A stretch of DNA of 32,000 bases from Synechococcus sp. A15-24. Its GTDB lineage: Bacteria; Cyanobacteriota; Cyanobacteriia; PCC-6307; Cyanobiaceae. Shown piece after piece: positions 9,157 to 17,167 of this stretch. Made by a program: the position numbers and the translations under genes. How positions within the stretch are numbered: position 1 is the first letter of the stretch; each line of letters opens with the position of its first letter. The stretch is taken from assembly GCF_014280195.1 (NCBI RefSeq), contig NZ_CP047960.1:450001-482000 (forward strand), read 5' to 3'. Below the pieces are notes generated by a model. That model was not told the DNA's origin. It saw nothing but the letters and a program-made list of their open reading frames with translations, and did no database searches.

Positions 9157-9621
9157 ATGACCTGGCTTCTGCTCGCTGAAGCAGGTGTTCCGGAGGGAGG
9201 TCTCTTCGACCTCGATGCCACCCTTCCGCTGATGGCGGTTCAGGTGGTTCTCCTCACCTTCCTGCTCAATGTCCTCTTCTTCCGTCCGGTCGGCAAGGTC
9301 GTGGAAGACCGTGAGGGCTACATCTCCACCAGCCGCGCCGATGCCAAGCAGAAGCTTGCCCAGGTGGAGCAGCTTGAGGCCGATCTGGCTGAACAGCTGA
9401 AAGGGGCACGACAGGCGGCTCAGTCCGTGATTGTCGAGGCCGAACAAGAAGTTGATCGTCTTTATCGCGAGGCTTTGGCCCAGGCGGAAGCCGAAGCCAA
9501 CCGAACGAAAGAGGCAAGCCGTCGCGCCATTGAAACGGAACGGGACTCGGCCCGCTCTCAGCTTCAAGGCCAGGTGGATCAACTCAGCAACACCATCATC
9601 GACCGTCTGCTGGCAGCCTGA
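9157..9621 (+). CDS. atpF2: F0F1 ATP synthase subunit b'
   Basis: 154 aa with an N-terminal TM helix followed by a long charged coiled coil. First of two tandem b-type genes, as in cyanobacteria (cyanobacterial atpG). Confidence 0.9.
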   Translation: MTWLLLAEAGVPEGGLFDLDATLPLMAVQVVLLTFLLNVLFFRPVGKVVEDREGYISTSRADAKQKLAQVEQLEADLAEQLKGARQAAQSVIVEAEQEVDRLYREALAQAEAEANRTKEASRRAIETERDSARSQLQGQVDQLSNTIIDRLLAA

Positions 9622-10103
9622 TGACACTGAATTTCAATCCTCTTGAGACCAACCTGGTCAACCTGGCCATTGTCATTGGCGTTTTGATTTGGTTTCTGCG
9701 TGGGTTTCTTGGAGGAATCCTTGAGCGCCGTCGTGCAGCCATCCTTCAAGACCTGAAGGATGCTGAATCTCGGTTGAAGACGGCGACCGAAGAACTCACT
9801 AAAGCTCAGGCTGAGTTGGCAGCTGCTGAACAGAAGGCCGACAAGATTCGTCTTGATGGCCAATCTCGCGCTGCGAGCATCCGTGCAGAGGGCGAACAGC
9901 GCACCATCTCTGTGATGGCCGCCATCAAGGCCGGCGCTGATGCTGATGCTGACGCTGAGGCAGCCCGCATTAAGGACACCTTGCGTCGTGAGGCTGCTCT
10001 GGCGGCCATCGACAAGGTGCTGAGCGACCTGCCATCCCGACTCGACGATCAGGCCCAGGCCCGGTTGATCGACTCCACCATCACCAATTTGGAGAACGCC
10101 TGA
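9621..10103 (+). CDS. atpF: F0F1 ATP synthase subunit b
   Basis: 160 aa with a TM helix and coiled coil. TGATG overlap with the b' stop. Confidence 0.9.
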   Translation: MTLNFNPLETNLVNLAIVIGVLIWFLRGFLGGILERRRAAILQDLKDAESRLKTATEELTKAQAELAAAEQKADKIRLDGQSRAASIRAEGEQRTISVMAAIKAGADADADAEAARIKDTLRREAALAAIDKVLSDLPSRLDDQAQARLIDSTITNLENA

Positions 10104-10651
10104 TGCCTCTCCTGAATTCCCTCGCCACTCCTTACGCCGAAGCTCTGCTTCAGGTCACCGAGGCCCGCGGCGAATCGCAGACGGTGGCTGACCAGTGCAA
10201 GCAACTACTTGAAATCTGGGACAGCTCCGCTGATTTTCGCGACACCATGGTGTCGCCGGTGCTTGAGCCTGATGCCAAGAAAAAGGCACTGCAGGCGCTC
10301 GTCGGCGAGCAGGTCACGCCGTCCATGCTGAACCTGCTCAAGGTTCTTGCTGATCGCCAGCGGCTGCTGGCCTTCGACGCCGTGATGCTGCGCTATCTCG
10401 AGCTCTACCGCGATCAGCAGGGCATCACCCTGGCTGAAGTCCGCTCAGCGCAGACCCTCACCGAGGATCAGCAGGCGGCCCTCTCCAAAAAGGTGCAGGC
10501 GATGGCCGGCACCAACAAGGTCGACATCGACCTCAGAGTTGATCCCTCACTCATCGGCGGCTTCGTCGTGAGTCTCGGATCCCAGGTGATCGACGCCAGC
10601 CTGGCTGGCCAAGTTCGTCGCCTCGGTCTGGCGCTCGCCAAAGCGAGCTGA
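10103..10651 (+). CDS. atpH: F0F1 ATP synthase subunit delta (OSCP)
   Basis: 182 aa: ...PYAEALLQV...IGGFVVSLGSQVIDASLAGQVRRL, the OSCP signature. TGATG overlap with the b stop. Confidence 0.93.
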   Translation: MPLLNSLATPYAEALLQVTEARGESQTVADQCKQLLEIWDSSADFRDTMVSPVLEPDAKKKALQALVGEQVTPSMLNLLKVLADRQRLLAFDAVMLRYLELYRDQQGITLAEVRSAQTLTEDQQAALSKKVQAMAGTNKVDIDLRVDPSLIGGFVVSLGSQVIDASLAGQVRRLGLALAKAS

Positions 10652-10708
10652 CCCCACTCCTTCCTTCACCGCCCCTTCCTCCCCAACTCCCCGCTGGGAT
10701 CACACGCC

Positions 10709-12229
10709 ATGGTTTCCATCCGTCCCGACGAGATCAGCGCCATCCTCAAACAACAGATTGAGGACTACGACAAGTCGGTTTCCGTCAGCAACGTCGGCTC
10801 CGTCCTGACAGTGGGCGACGGCATCGCCCGCGTCTACGGCCTGCAGCAGGCCATGGCCGGTGAGCTCCTCGAGTTCGAGGACGGCACCGAAGGCATCGCT
10901 TTGAACCTGGAAGACGACAACGTCGGTGCGGTGCTGATGGGCGAGGGCCTGGGCATTCAGGAAGGCAGCACGGTGAAGGCCACCGGCAAGATCGCCTCCG
11001 TGCCCGTTGGCGAGGCCATGCTCGGTCGCGTCGTCAACTCCCTGGGCCGCGCCATCGACGGCAAGGGTGAAATCGCCACCAGCGAGACGCGCCTGATCGA
11101 ATCCATGGCGCCTGGCATCATCCAGCGCAAGTCGGTGCACGAGCCGATGCAGACCGGCATCACCGCCATCGACGCGATGATCCCCGTCGGCCGTGGCCAG
11201 CGCGAGCTGATCATCGGTGACCGCCAGACCGGTAAGACCGCCATCGCGATCGACACGATCCTGAACCAGAAGGATCAGGACATGATCTGCGTCTACGTGG
11301 CCGTCGGTCAGAAGGCTGCTTCTGTGGCGAACGTTGTGGAGGTGCTGCGTGAGCGCGGTGCCCTCGATTACTCCGTGATCGTGGCCGCCAACGCTTCTGA
11401 GCCCGCAGCTCTGCAGTATCTGGCTCCTTACACCGGCGCCTCCATCGCCGAGTACTTCATGTACAAGGGCAAGGCCACCCTGGTGATCTACGACGACCTG
11501 TCCAAGCAGGCCGCCGCTTACCGCCAGATGTCGCTGCTGCTCCGTCGTCCGCCCGGTCGTGAGGCCTACCCCGGCGACGTCTTCTACTGCCACAGCCGTC
11601 TGCTGGAGCGTGCCGCCAAGCTGTCCGATGCCATGGGCAAAGGTTCCATGACGGCCCTGCCGATCATCGAAACCCAGGCCGGTGACGTGTCGGCCTACAT
11701 CCCCACCAACGTGATCTCGATCACGGACGGTCAGATCTTCCTCAGCTCCGACCTGTTCAACTCCGGCCTGCGTCCCGCCATCAACGTGGGTATCTCCGTG
11801 AGCCGGGTGGGTGGTGCCGCCCAGACCAAGGCGATCAAGAAGATTGCCGGCACCCTGAAGCTGGAACTTGCTCAGTTCGCTGAGCTGGCCGCCTTCTCCC
11901 AGTTCGCCTCTGACCTCGACGCTTCCACCCAGCAGCAGCTGGAGCGCGGCAAGCGCTTGCGGGAACTGCTGAAGCAGCCTCAGTTCAGCCCGCTGATCCT
12001 GGCTGAGCAGGTCGCCATCGTTTATGCCGGCGTGAAGGGCCTCATCGATGCAGTCCCCGTTGACAAGGTGGTCGACTTCTCCCGCGAACTGCGTGAGTAC
12101 CTCAAGTCCAACAAGCCTGAGTTCATCACCGAAATCCAGGAGAAGAAGGTGATGAGCCCTGAAGCTGAGGCGATCCTCAAGGACGCCATCAGCGAAGTCG
12201 TGTCCACCCTCGTCGCTTCGGCGGCCTGA
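10709..12229 (+). CDS. atpA: F0F1 ATP synthase subunit alpha
   Basis: 506 aa with Walker [16 protein letters not shown]. Full-length alpha sequence. Confidence 0.98.
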   Translation: MVSIRPDEISAILKQQIEDYDKSVSVSNVGSVLTVGDGIARVYGLQQAMAGELLEFEDGTEGIALNLEDDNVGAVLMGEGLGIQEGSTVKATGKIASVPVGEAMLGRVVNSLGRAIDGKGEIATSETRLIESMAPGIIQRKSVHEPMQTGITAIDAMIPVGRGQRELIIGDRQTGKTAIAIDTILNQKDQDMICVYVAVGQKAASVANVVEVLRERGALDYSVIVAANASEPAALQYLAPYTGASIAEYFMYKGKATLVIYDDLSKQAAAYRQMSLLLRRPPGREAYPGDVFYCHSRLLERAAKLSDAMGKGSMTALPIIETQAGDVSAYIPTNVISITDGQIFLSSDLFNSGLRPAINVGISVSRVGGAAQTKAIKKIAGTLKLELAQFAELAAFSQFASDLDASTQQQLERGKRLRELLKQPQFSPLILAEQVAIVYAGVKGLIDAVPVDKVVDFSRELREYLKSNKPEFITEIQEKKVMSPEAEAILKDAISEVVSTLVASAA

Positions 12230-12242
12230 GGGAGGAGCCGAC

Positions 12243-13193
12243 ATGGCGAATCTCAAGGAAATCCGCGACCGGATTAAATCGGTCAAAAACACCCGCAAGA
12301 TCACCGAGGCCATGCGCCTCGTGGCTGCGGCCAAGGTGCGTCGCGCTCAGGAGCAGGTGCTCCGCAGCCGTCCTTTCGCGGACCGGCTGGCGCGGATCCT
12401 GGAAAACCTCCAGTCCCGCATGCGCTTCGAGGATGCGTCGTCTCCTCTGATGGAGCTACGCGACGTGGAGACCATCACCCTGGTGTCCGTCACCGGTGAC
12501 CGTGGTCTTTGCGGCGGCTACAATGCCAACATCATCAAGCGCACCGAACAGCGCTTCGCTGAGCTGAAAGGCAGTGGCTTCAAGGTGAAGCTGGTGCTGA
12601 TCGGGAACAAGGCCATCGGTTATTTCACCAAGCGTGATTACCCGGTGCAGGCCACCTTCTCCGGTTTGGAGCAGGTGCCCACGGCGGATGAGGCCAACAC
12701 CATCTCCACCGATGTGCTGTCTGAATTCATCGGTGCGGGTACCGACCGCGTTGAGCTGATCTTCACCAAGTTCATCAACCTGGTGAGCTGCAAGCCGGTG
12801 GTGCAGACCCTGCTGCCCCTGGATCCCCAGGACATTGCTGATCCAGAGGATGAGATCTTCCGTCTCACCACCAAGGACGGCCGTCTGACGGTGGAACCCG
12901 GTGCTGGCCCTGCCAACACCGAACCGAAAATTCCTTCGGACATTGTGTTCGAGCAAACCCCTGAGCAGCTGCTCAACGCCCTCCTGCCCCTCTATCTGCA
13001 GAACCAGATGCTGCGTTCGTTGCAGGAATCCGCGGCCTCTGAACTGGCCAGCCGGATGACCGCCATGAACAACGCCAGCGACAACGCCAAGGAGCTGGCC
13101 AAGACTTTGACCCTTGACTACAACAAGGCCCGCCAGGCCGCCATTACCCAGGAAATCCTGGAAGTGGCCGGTGGCGCTGCTGCTGTGGGTTGA
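12243..13193 (+). CDS. atpG: F0F1 ATP synthase subunit gamma
   Basis: 316 aa: [31 protein letters not shown]...ITQEILEV. Preceded by GGGAGGAG, one of the few canonical SD sequences in the window (cyanobacterial atpC). Confidence 0.97.
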   Translation: MANLKEIRDRIKSVKNTRKITEAMRLVAAAKVRRAQEQVLRSRPFADRLARILENLQSRMRFEDASSPLMELRDVETITLVSVTGDRGLCGGYNANIIKRTEQRFAELKGSGFKVKLVLIGNKAIGYFTKRDYPVQATFSGLEQVPTADEANTISTDVLSEFIGAGTDRVELIFTKFINLVSCKPVVQTLLPLDPQDIADPEDEIFRLTTKDGRLTVEPGAGPANTEPKIPSDIVFEQTPEQLLNALLPLYLQNQMLRSLQESAASELASRMTAMNNASDNAKELAKTLTLDYNKARQAAITQEILEVAGGAAAVG

Positions 13194-13215
13194 TCGTCAG
13201 GTCAAACCTGATCGA

Positions 13216-13241
13216 GCCGGTCCCCAGGGGCCGGCTTTTTT
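13216..13241 (+). terminator. Intrinsic terminator after the atp1 operon
   Basis: GCCGGTCCCC-AGGGGCCGGC hairpin followed by TTTTTT, about 22 nt after the atpG stop. Confidence 0.7.
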
Positions 13242-13250
13242 AATGGAGTG

Positions 13251-13958
13251 ATGGCTCTCCAGATTCATGCGCTGTTCCCCACCGCCGTGGCCACGGCTCA
13301 GCTGATGCTGGATCCGCTGGAACTGGCGGCGCAACTGCAGACCCTGTTGATGCTGAGGGGGGCTGATGAGGGAAACCCCAGTCCTGGCTGCGCCTGGACC
13401 GGCGACCTCAATGGTGTCTGGCAGTTGCATCGGCATCCCGACTTCAGCGGCCTAACCGATCGGGTGGTGGAGCAGGCCTGGGCCTACTTGTCGGCCGTTG
13501 GCTTCGATCAGGCCAAGCTGGCTTTGCACGTGCAGCGCTGCTGGCCGGTGCTCAGCGACTGGGATCAGGTGGTGGGCCGTCACCACCACCCCAATGCCCA
13601 TCTCAGTGCGGTGCTTTACCTGAGTGGCTCCGGCAGCGGAGAGGACGGGGTGCTGCGCATCCATGCCCCATCCCAACCGAATGAGCTGGTGCCTGGATCG
13701 GCGGCCGGCCACGGCGGTCCGATCGCGGCTGGCCATCCCCTCAATCAGCCCCATTGGGATCTGGCGCCGCAGCCAGGACTGCTGGTGCTGTTCCCCTCCC
13801 GCCTCGACCACAGTGTGCTGGCCAATGGAGATCCGGAGTTGCTGCGCTGCTCCATCAGCTTTGACTTTGTCCTGACCGCTCCGGTTGATGGCGATCCGCC
13901 GGAATACCTGGCGCCTCACCCCTCGCTCTGGACCCCTCAACCGTTGGAGGTCAACTGA
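13251..13958 (+). CDS. Putative 2OG-Fe(II) oxygenase-like protein (TIGR02466 / PF13759-like conserved hypothetical)
   Basis: Motifs GRHHHPNAHLSAVLYL...VLRIHAP and LLVLFPSRLDHSVLAN...RCSISFDF fit my memory of the 2OG-FeII_Oxy_5 family. Start is ATG 13251, or GTG 13248. Confidence 0.65.
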   Translation: MALQIHALFPTAVATAQLMLDPLELAAQLQTLLMLRGADEGNPSPGCAWTGDLNGVWQLHRHPDFSGLTDRVVEQAWAYLSAVGFDQAKLALHVQRCWPVLSDWDQVVGRHHHPNAHLSAVLYLSGSGSGEDGVLRIHAPSQPNELVPGSAAGHGGPIAAGHPLNQPHWDLAPQPGLLVLFPSRLDHSVLANGDPELLRCSISFDFVLTAPVDGDPPEYLAPHPSLWTPQPLEVN

Positions 13959-13991
13959 GAGAATGCCAGCCCAACCGAGCTGAGTCCCGGA

Positions 13992-14321
13992 ATGTCCGAC
14001 GTGGCTTCATACACCGTCCGCGCCGAGTTCGAGGGCACCACCCGTAGCTTCAGCTGCCGTGCCGATCAGACGGTGCTTAACGCTGCTGAGGCTGCCGGCG
14101 TCACCCTGCCCAGCTCCTGTTGTTCCGGCGTCTGCACCACCTGCGCTGCGGTGATCAGTGACGGACAGGTGGAGCAACCCGATGCCATGGGCGTGAAGGG
14201 AGAATTGCAGCAACAGGGTTACGCCTTGTTGTGTGTGGCCTTCCCCCGGGCTGATCTCACCCTGAAGGCCGGCCAGGAGGATGCCCTCTACGAAGCCCAG
14301 TTCGGCCAATATCAGAAGTGA
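13992..14321 (+). CDS. Plant-type [2Fe-2S] ferredoxin
   Basis: 109 aa. Cys pattern C-X4-C-X2-C (SCCSGVCTTCAAV) plus a distal Cys in LLCVAFP. Confidence 0.9.
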   Translation: MSDVASYTVRAEFEGTTRSFSCRADQTVLNAAEAAGVTLPSSCCSGVCTTCAAVISDGQVEQPDAMGVKGELQQQGYALLCVAFPRADLTLKAGQEDALYEAQFGQYQK

Positions 14322-14503
14322 AGCTGCGGCGCCTGGAACGGCAGTTGCCCTGGCCGCAGACCGTTCCCCCCCAGCAGTTGCGCCGGTGGCTGGTCCAGCA
14401 GCTGGACCAGGAGGCGCCCCTGTTGCGCTGGGCGATCACGGCCGTCTCTGTGGATCCGAGCGGTGACCGGCGCTTGCAGGTGGAAGCGGTCGTTGAAGGA
14501 TGA
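14318..14503 (+). CDS. Small hypothetical protein (61 aa) filling the ferredoxin-DUF3326 gap
   Basis: The GTG start overlaps the ferredoxin stop (GTGA, 14318-14321). Its TGA overlaps the next ATG (ATGA, 14500-14503). Third-position GC is high, like its neighbours. I recognise no family. Confidence 0.5.
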   Translation: MKLRRLERQLPWPQTVPPQQLRRWLVQQLDQEAPLLRWAITAVSVDPSGDRRLQVEAVVEG

Positions 14504-15546
14504 ATGCCGCCCCGCTGCCTGTGCTGATGCTGGTGCCGACTGGAATCGGTTGCCAGATCGGGGGCTTTGCCGGTGATGCACTGCCCAGTGCTCGCCTGTT
14601 GGCCGCCGCCAGTGGATGCCTGATCACCCATCCCAATGTGATGAACGGTGCGGCGTTGTACTGGCGTGACCCGCGCATCCATTACGTGGAGGGCTACGGC
14701 CTCGATCGCTTCGCCGTTGGTGACTGGGATCTGCAACCGGTGCGCCGCCAGCGGATCGGGCTGCTGCTGGATGCCGGCATTGAGGCGGAGTTGGCCCAGC
14801 GGCACCTGCAGGTGGCGGATGGCTGTCGCGCCACCCTCGGCCTGGAGATCGGACCTGTTGTGACCACGGACCAGCCCCTGGAGGTTCAGCTCGAACAGGG
14901 CAGCAGCGGCTCCAGCTGGGGACGGCTGGGTCGCCCCGATGCCTTGCTCAGGGCTGGTGAGCGGCTCAAGCAGGCCGGTGCTACGGCCATTGCCGTGGTG
15001 GCCCGTTTCCCGGAGGATCCAGCCAGTGAGGAGCTGGCGGCGTACCGCGCCGGCAGCGGCGTTGATGCCCTGGCGGGCGCTGAAGCGGTGATCAGCCATC
15101 TGCTGGTGCGGCACCTTCAGATCCCCTGTGCCCATGCCCCGGCCTTAGCCCCGCTTCCCTTGGATCCGCAGTTGGATCCGCGGGCGGCCGGCGAGGAGTT
15201 GGGCTACACATTTCTGGCCTGCGTGCTGGTGGGCCTCAGCCGGGCTCCGGATCTGGTGGCGGCGGGTGAAGGGGAGTTGCAGGCCGCTCAGCTGGGGGCG
15301 GTGGTGGCGCCGGAGGGGGCCCTTGGCGGCGAAGCGGTGCTGGCCTGCCTCGAGCGCGGAGTGCCGTTGATCACGGTGGCCAACCCCTCCGTTCTGGCGG
15401 TGTCGGCCGAGGCCCTCAGGCTTGACCATGGCGTGCAGCGAGCGCGTAGTTACGCGGAAGCCGCCGGTTTGCTGCTGGCGCTGCGGGAGGGACTATCAGC
15501 CAGCTCCTTGCAGCGGCCTCTGCCTGCCCTGGAGCGGTTGAGCTGA
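14500..15546 (+). CDS. Conserved hypothetical protein, DUF3326-like (348 aa)
   Basis: N-terminal LMLVPTGIGCQIGGFAGDALPSARLLAAAS..ITHPNVMNGAALYW matches my recollection of the cyanobacterial/plastid-lineage DUF3326 family. Function is unknown. Confidence 0.6.
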   Translation: MNAAPLPVLMLVPTGIGCQIGGFAGDALPSARLLAAASGCLITHPNVMNGAALYWRDPRIHYVEGYGLDRFAVGDWDLQPVRRQRIGLLLDAGIEAELAQRHLQVADGCRATLGLEIGPVVTTDQPLEVQLEQGSSGSSWGRLGRPDALLRAGERLKQAGATAIAVVARFPEDPASEELAAYRAGSGVDALAGAEAVISHLLVRHLQIPCAHAPALAPLPLDPQLDPRAAGEELGYTFLACVLVGLSRAPDLVAAGEGELQAAQLGAVVAPEGALGGEAVLACLERGVPLITVANPSVLAVSAEALRLDHGVQRARSYAEAAGLLLALREGLSASSLQRPLPALERLS

Positions 15547-15953
15547 TGCCCGGTGGCTTTGCTCAGGATTCAGGGCCCTGCCCCTGTGGCGGCGGTGAGT
15601 ACAGCTGTTGTTGCGGACCGTTGCACCGGCGGGAGCGGCGGGCGGAAACCGCCGAACAGTTGATGCGCTCCCGCTATTCGGCCTTCGCGAAAGGCGAGGT
15701 GGACTACCTGTTGCACACACATGAGCCGACGGAATCGCGCTGGGCCCTGCGTCAAGCTTGCCGTCAGACCCGCTGGCTGGGGCTGTCGATCTTGGCGGTT
15801 GATGGTGGTGGCGCGGCTGATCTTGAGGGAACCGTTCGCTTTGAGGCCCGTCACCGCGAGGGGGTGCTGGTGGAGACGTCGCTGTTCCAGCGCCGTAATG
15901 GCACGCTCGCCGGAGAGTGGTTCTACGTCCGGGCTTTCGAACTGGATTCCTAG
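15546..15953 (+). CDS. YchJ/UPF0225-family protein with N-terminal SEC-C metal-binding motif
   Basis: 135 aa: CPCGGGEYSCCCGPLH followed by AEQLMRSRYSAFA, the NTF2-like YchJ core. TGATG overlap with the upstream stop. Confidence 0.85.
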   Translation: MPGGFAQDSGPCPCGGGEYSCCCGPLHRRERRAETAEQLMRSRYSAFAKGEVDYLLHTHEPTESRWALRQACRQTRWLGLSILAVDGGGAADLEGTVRFEARHREGVLVETSLFQRRNGTLAGEWFYVRAFELDS

Positions 15954-15955
15954 TA

Positions 15956-16004
15956 GGCACGAAATCGTCTATTAATCGTCTCAATTTATTATCGATATCG
16001 TGCC
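15956..16004. terminator. AT-rich inverted repeat in the convergent spacer (candidate bidirectional terminator)
   Basis: GGCACGAAATCG (15956-15967) pairs with CGATATCGTGCC (15993-16004), 11 of 12 complementary. The loop is about 25 nt, AT-rich, and contains AATCGTCT twice. Confidence 0.4.
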
Positions 16005-16007
16005 GTT

Positions 16008-17120
16008 TCAGCGTAGGCAGGCCATTGGGTGCCGAGGCGGCACCCCAAGGGCCTTGGCAACCCCCGGGTGACACACCGATCCCTGCACTGTGTTGAGACC
16101 GGAGAGCAGTTCCGGCCGTTCGGTGACAGCTTCCTCCAGACCTCGGCCAGCGATGCCAAGGATGTAAGGCAAGGTGACGCTGACCAGCGCTTCCGTGGAG
16201 GTGAACGGCACCGCCCCGGGCATGTTGCCCACGGCGTAGTGCTGCACCCCGTGGATGGTCACCGTGGGGTCGGTGTGGGTGGTTTCGCGGCTAGTGGCGA
16301 TGCAGCCCCCCTGGTCGATCGCCACATCGACGATCACCGAGCCCGGACGCATCTGCTGCACCATCGCCTCATCCACCAGGGTCGGGGCTCGGCCGCCCGG
16401 GGTCAGCACGGCGCCGATCACCAGATCCGCCGTGGGCACCAGGCGTTCAAGCAGACCACGGCTGCTCACCACGCTCATCAGCCGACCGCGACGATCCGCC
16501 TCCAGGCTGCGCAGCCGCTGGGGTGAACGGTCCAGCAGCAGCACTTCCGCATCCATGGCCGCCGCGGTTCTAGCGGCGTTCCAGCCCACCGTGCCGGCCC
16601 CCAGCACCACCACCCGGGCCGGCTGCACGCCGGTGCAGCCCCCCATCAGCACCCCGCGACCACCGTGGGGTTTCTCCAGCAAATGGGCCCCCACCTGGGC
16701 CGCCAGCCGCCCGGCGATTTCGCTCATCGGTGCCAGCAGCGGCAGGCTGCCGTTCTCCAGCTGCACGGTTTCGTAGGCGATGGCAGCGGTGCCGGCCTCC
16801 AGCAAGGCCTCTCCCACCTGGGGATAAGCGGCCAGGTGCAGGTAGGTGAACAGCACCATGTCGTCCCGCAGGAAGCCGAACTCCTCGCTTTGCGGCTCCT
16901 TCACCTTCACCACCAGATGGGCGCCCCAGGCATCCTCACGGCTCACCAGCTGAGCTCCGGCTGCAGCGAAGGCCTCATCGCCAATGCCCGCTCCTGATCC
17001 GGCACCGGCCTCGATCCGTACCTCCAGCCCCTGGCTGATCAGTTCCCGTACTGCATCGGGGGTGAGGGCCACCCGTTGCTCATCGGCCTTGATTTCCCTG
17101 GGCACGCCGATGCTGGCCAT
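16008..17120 (-). CDS. ald: Alanine dehydrogenase
   Basis: MASIGVPREIKADEQRVALTPDAVRELISQGLEV... with the NAD fold VVVLGAGTVGWNAA. Start is taken at ATG 17120, giving 370 aa. The listed ORF runs 17 aa further upstream into nadE. Confidence 0.93.
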   Translation of the reverse strand: MASIGVPREIKADEQRVALTPDAVRELISQGLEVRIEAGAGSGAGIGDEAFAAAGAQLVSREDAWGAHLVVKVKEPQSEEFGFLRDDMVLFTYLHLAAYPQVGEALLEAGTAAIAYETVQLENGSLPLLAPMSEIAGRLAAQVGAHLLEKPHGGRGVLMGGCTGVQPARVVVLGAGTVGWNAARTAAAMDAEVLLLDRSPQRLRSLEADRRGRLMSVVSSRGLLERLVPTADLVIGAVLTPGGRAPTLVDEAMVQQMRPGSVIVDVAIDQGGCIATSRETTHTDPTVTIHGVQHYAVGNMPGAVPFTSTEALVSVTLPYILGIAGRGLEEAVTERPELLSGLNTVQGSVCHPGVAKALGVPPRHPMACLR

Positions 17121-17167
17121 CGGGGCCGTCAGGACGGAGGCTGCCATGGGGGCTGAAGGAGGTCCCT

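Noticed and set aside
10700-12334. 544-aa ORF on the minus strand
   Set aside because: It is exactly antisense to atpA, whose identity is unambiguous. The translation is low-complexity and Gly/Asp/Leu/His-rich, as expected from the antisense frame of a high-GC gene.
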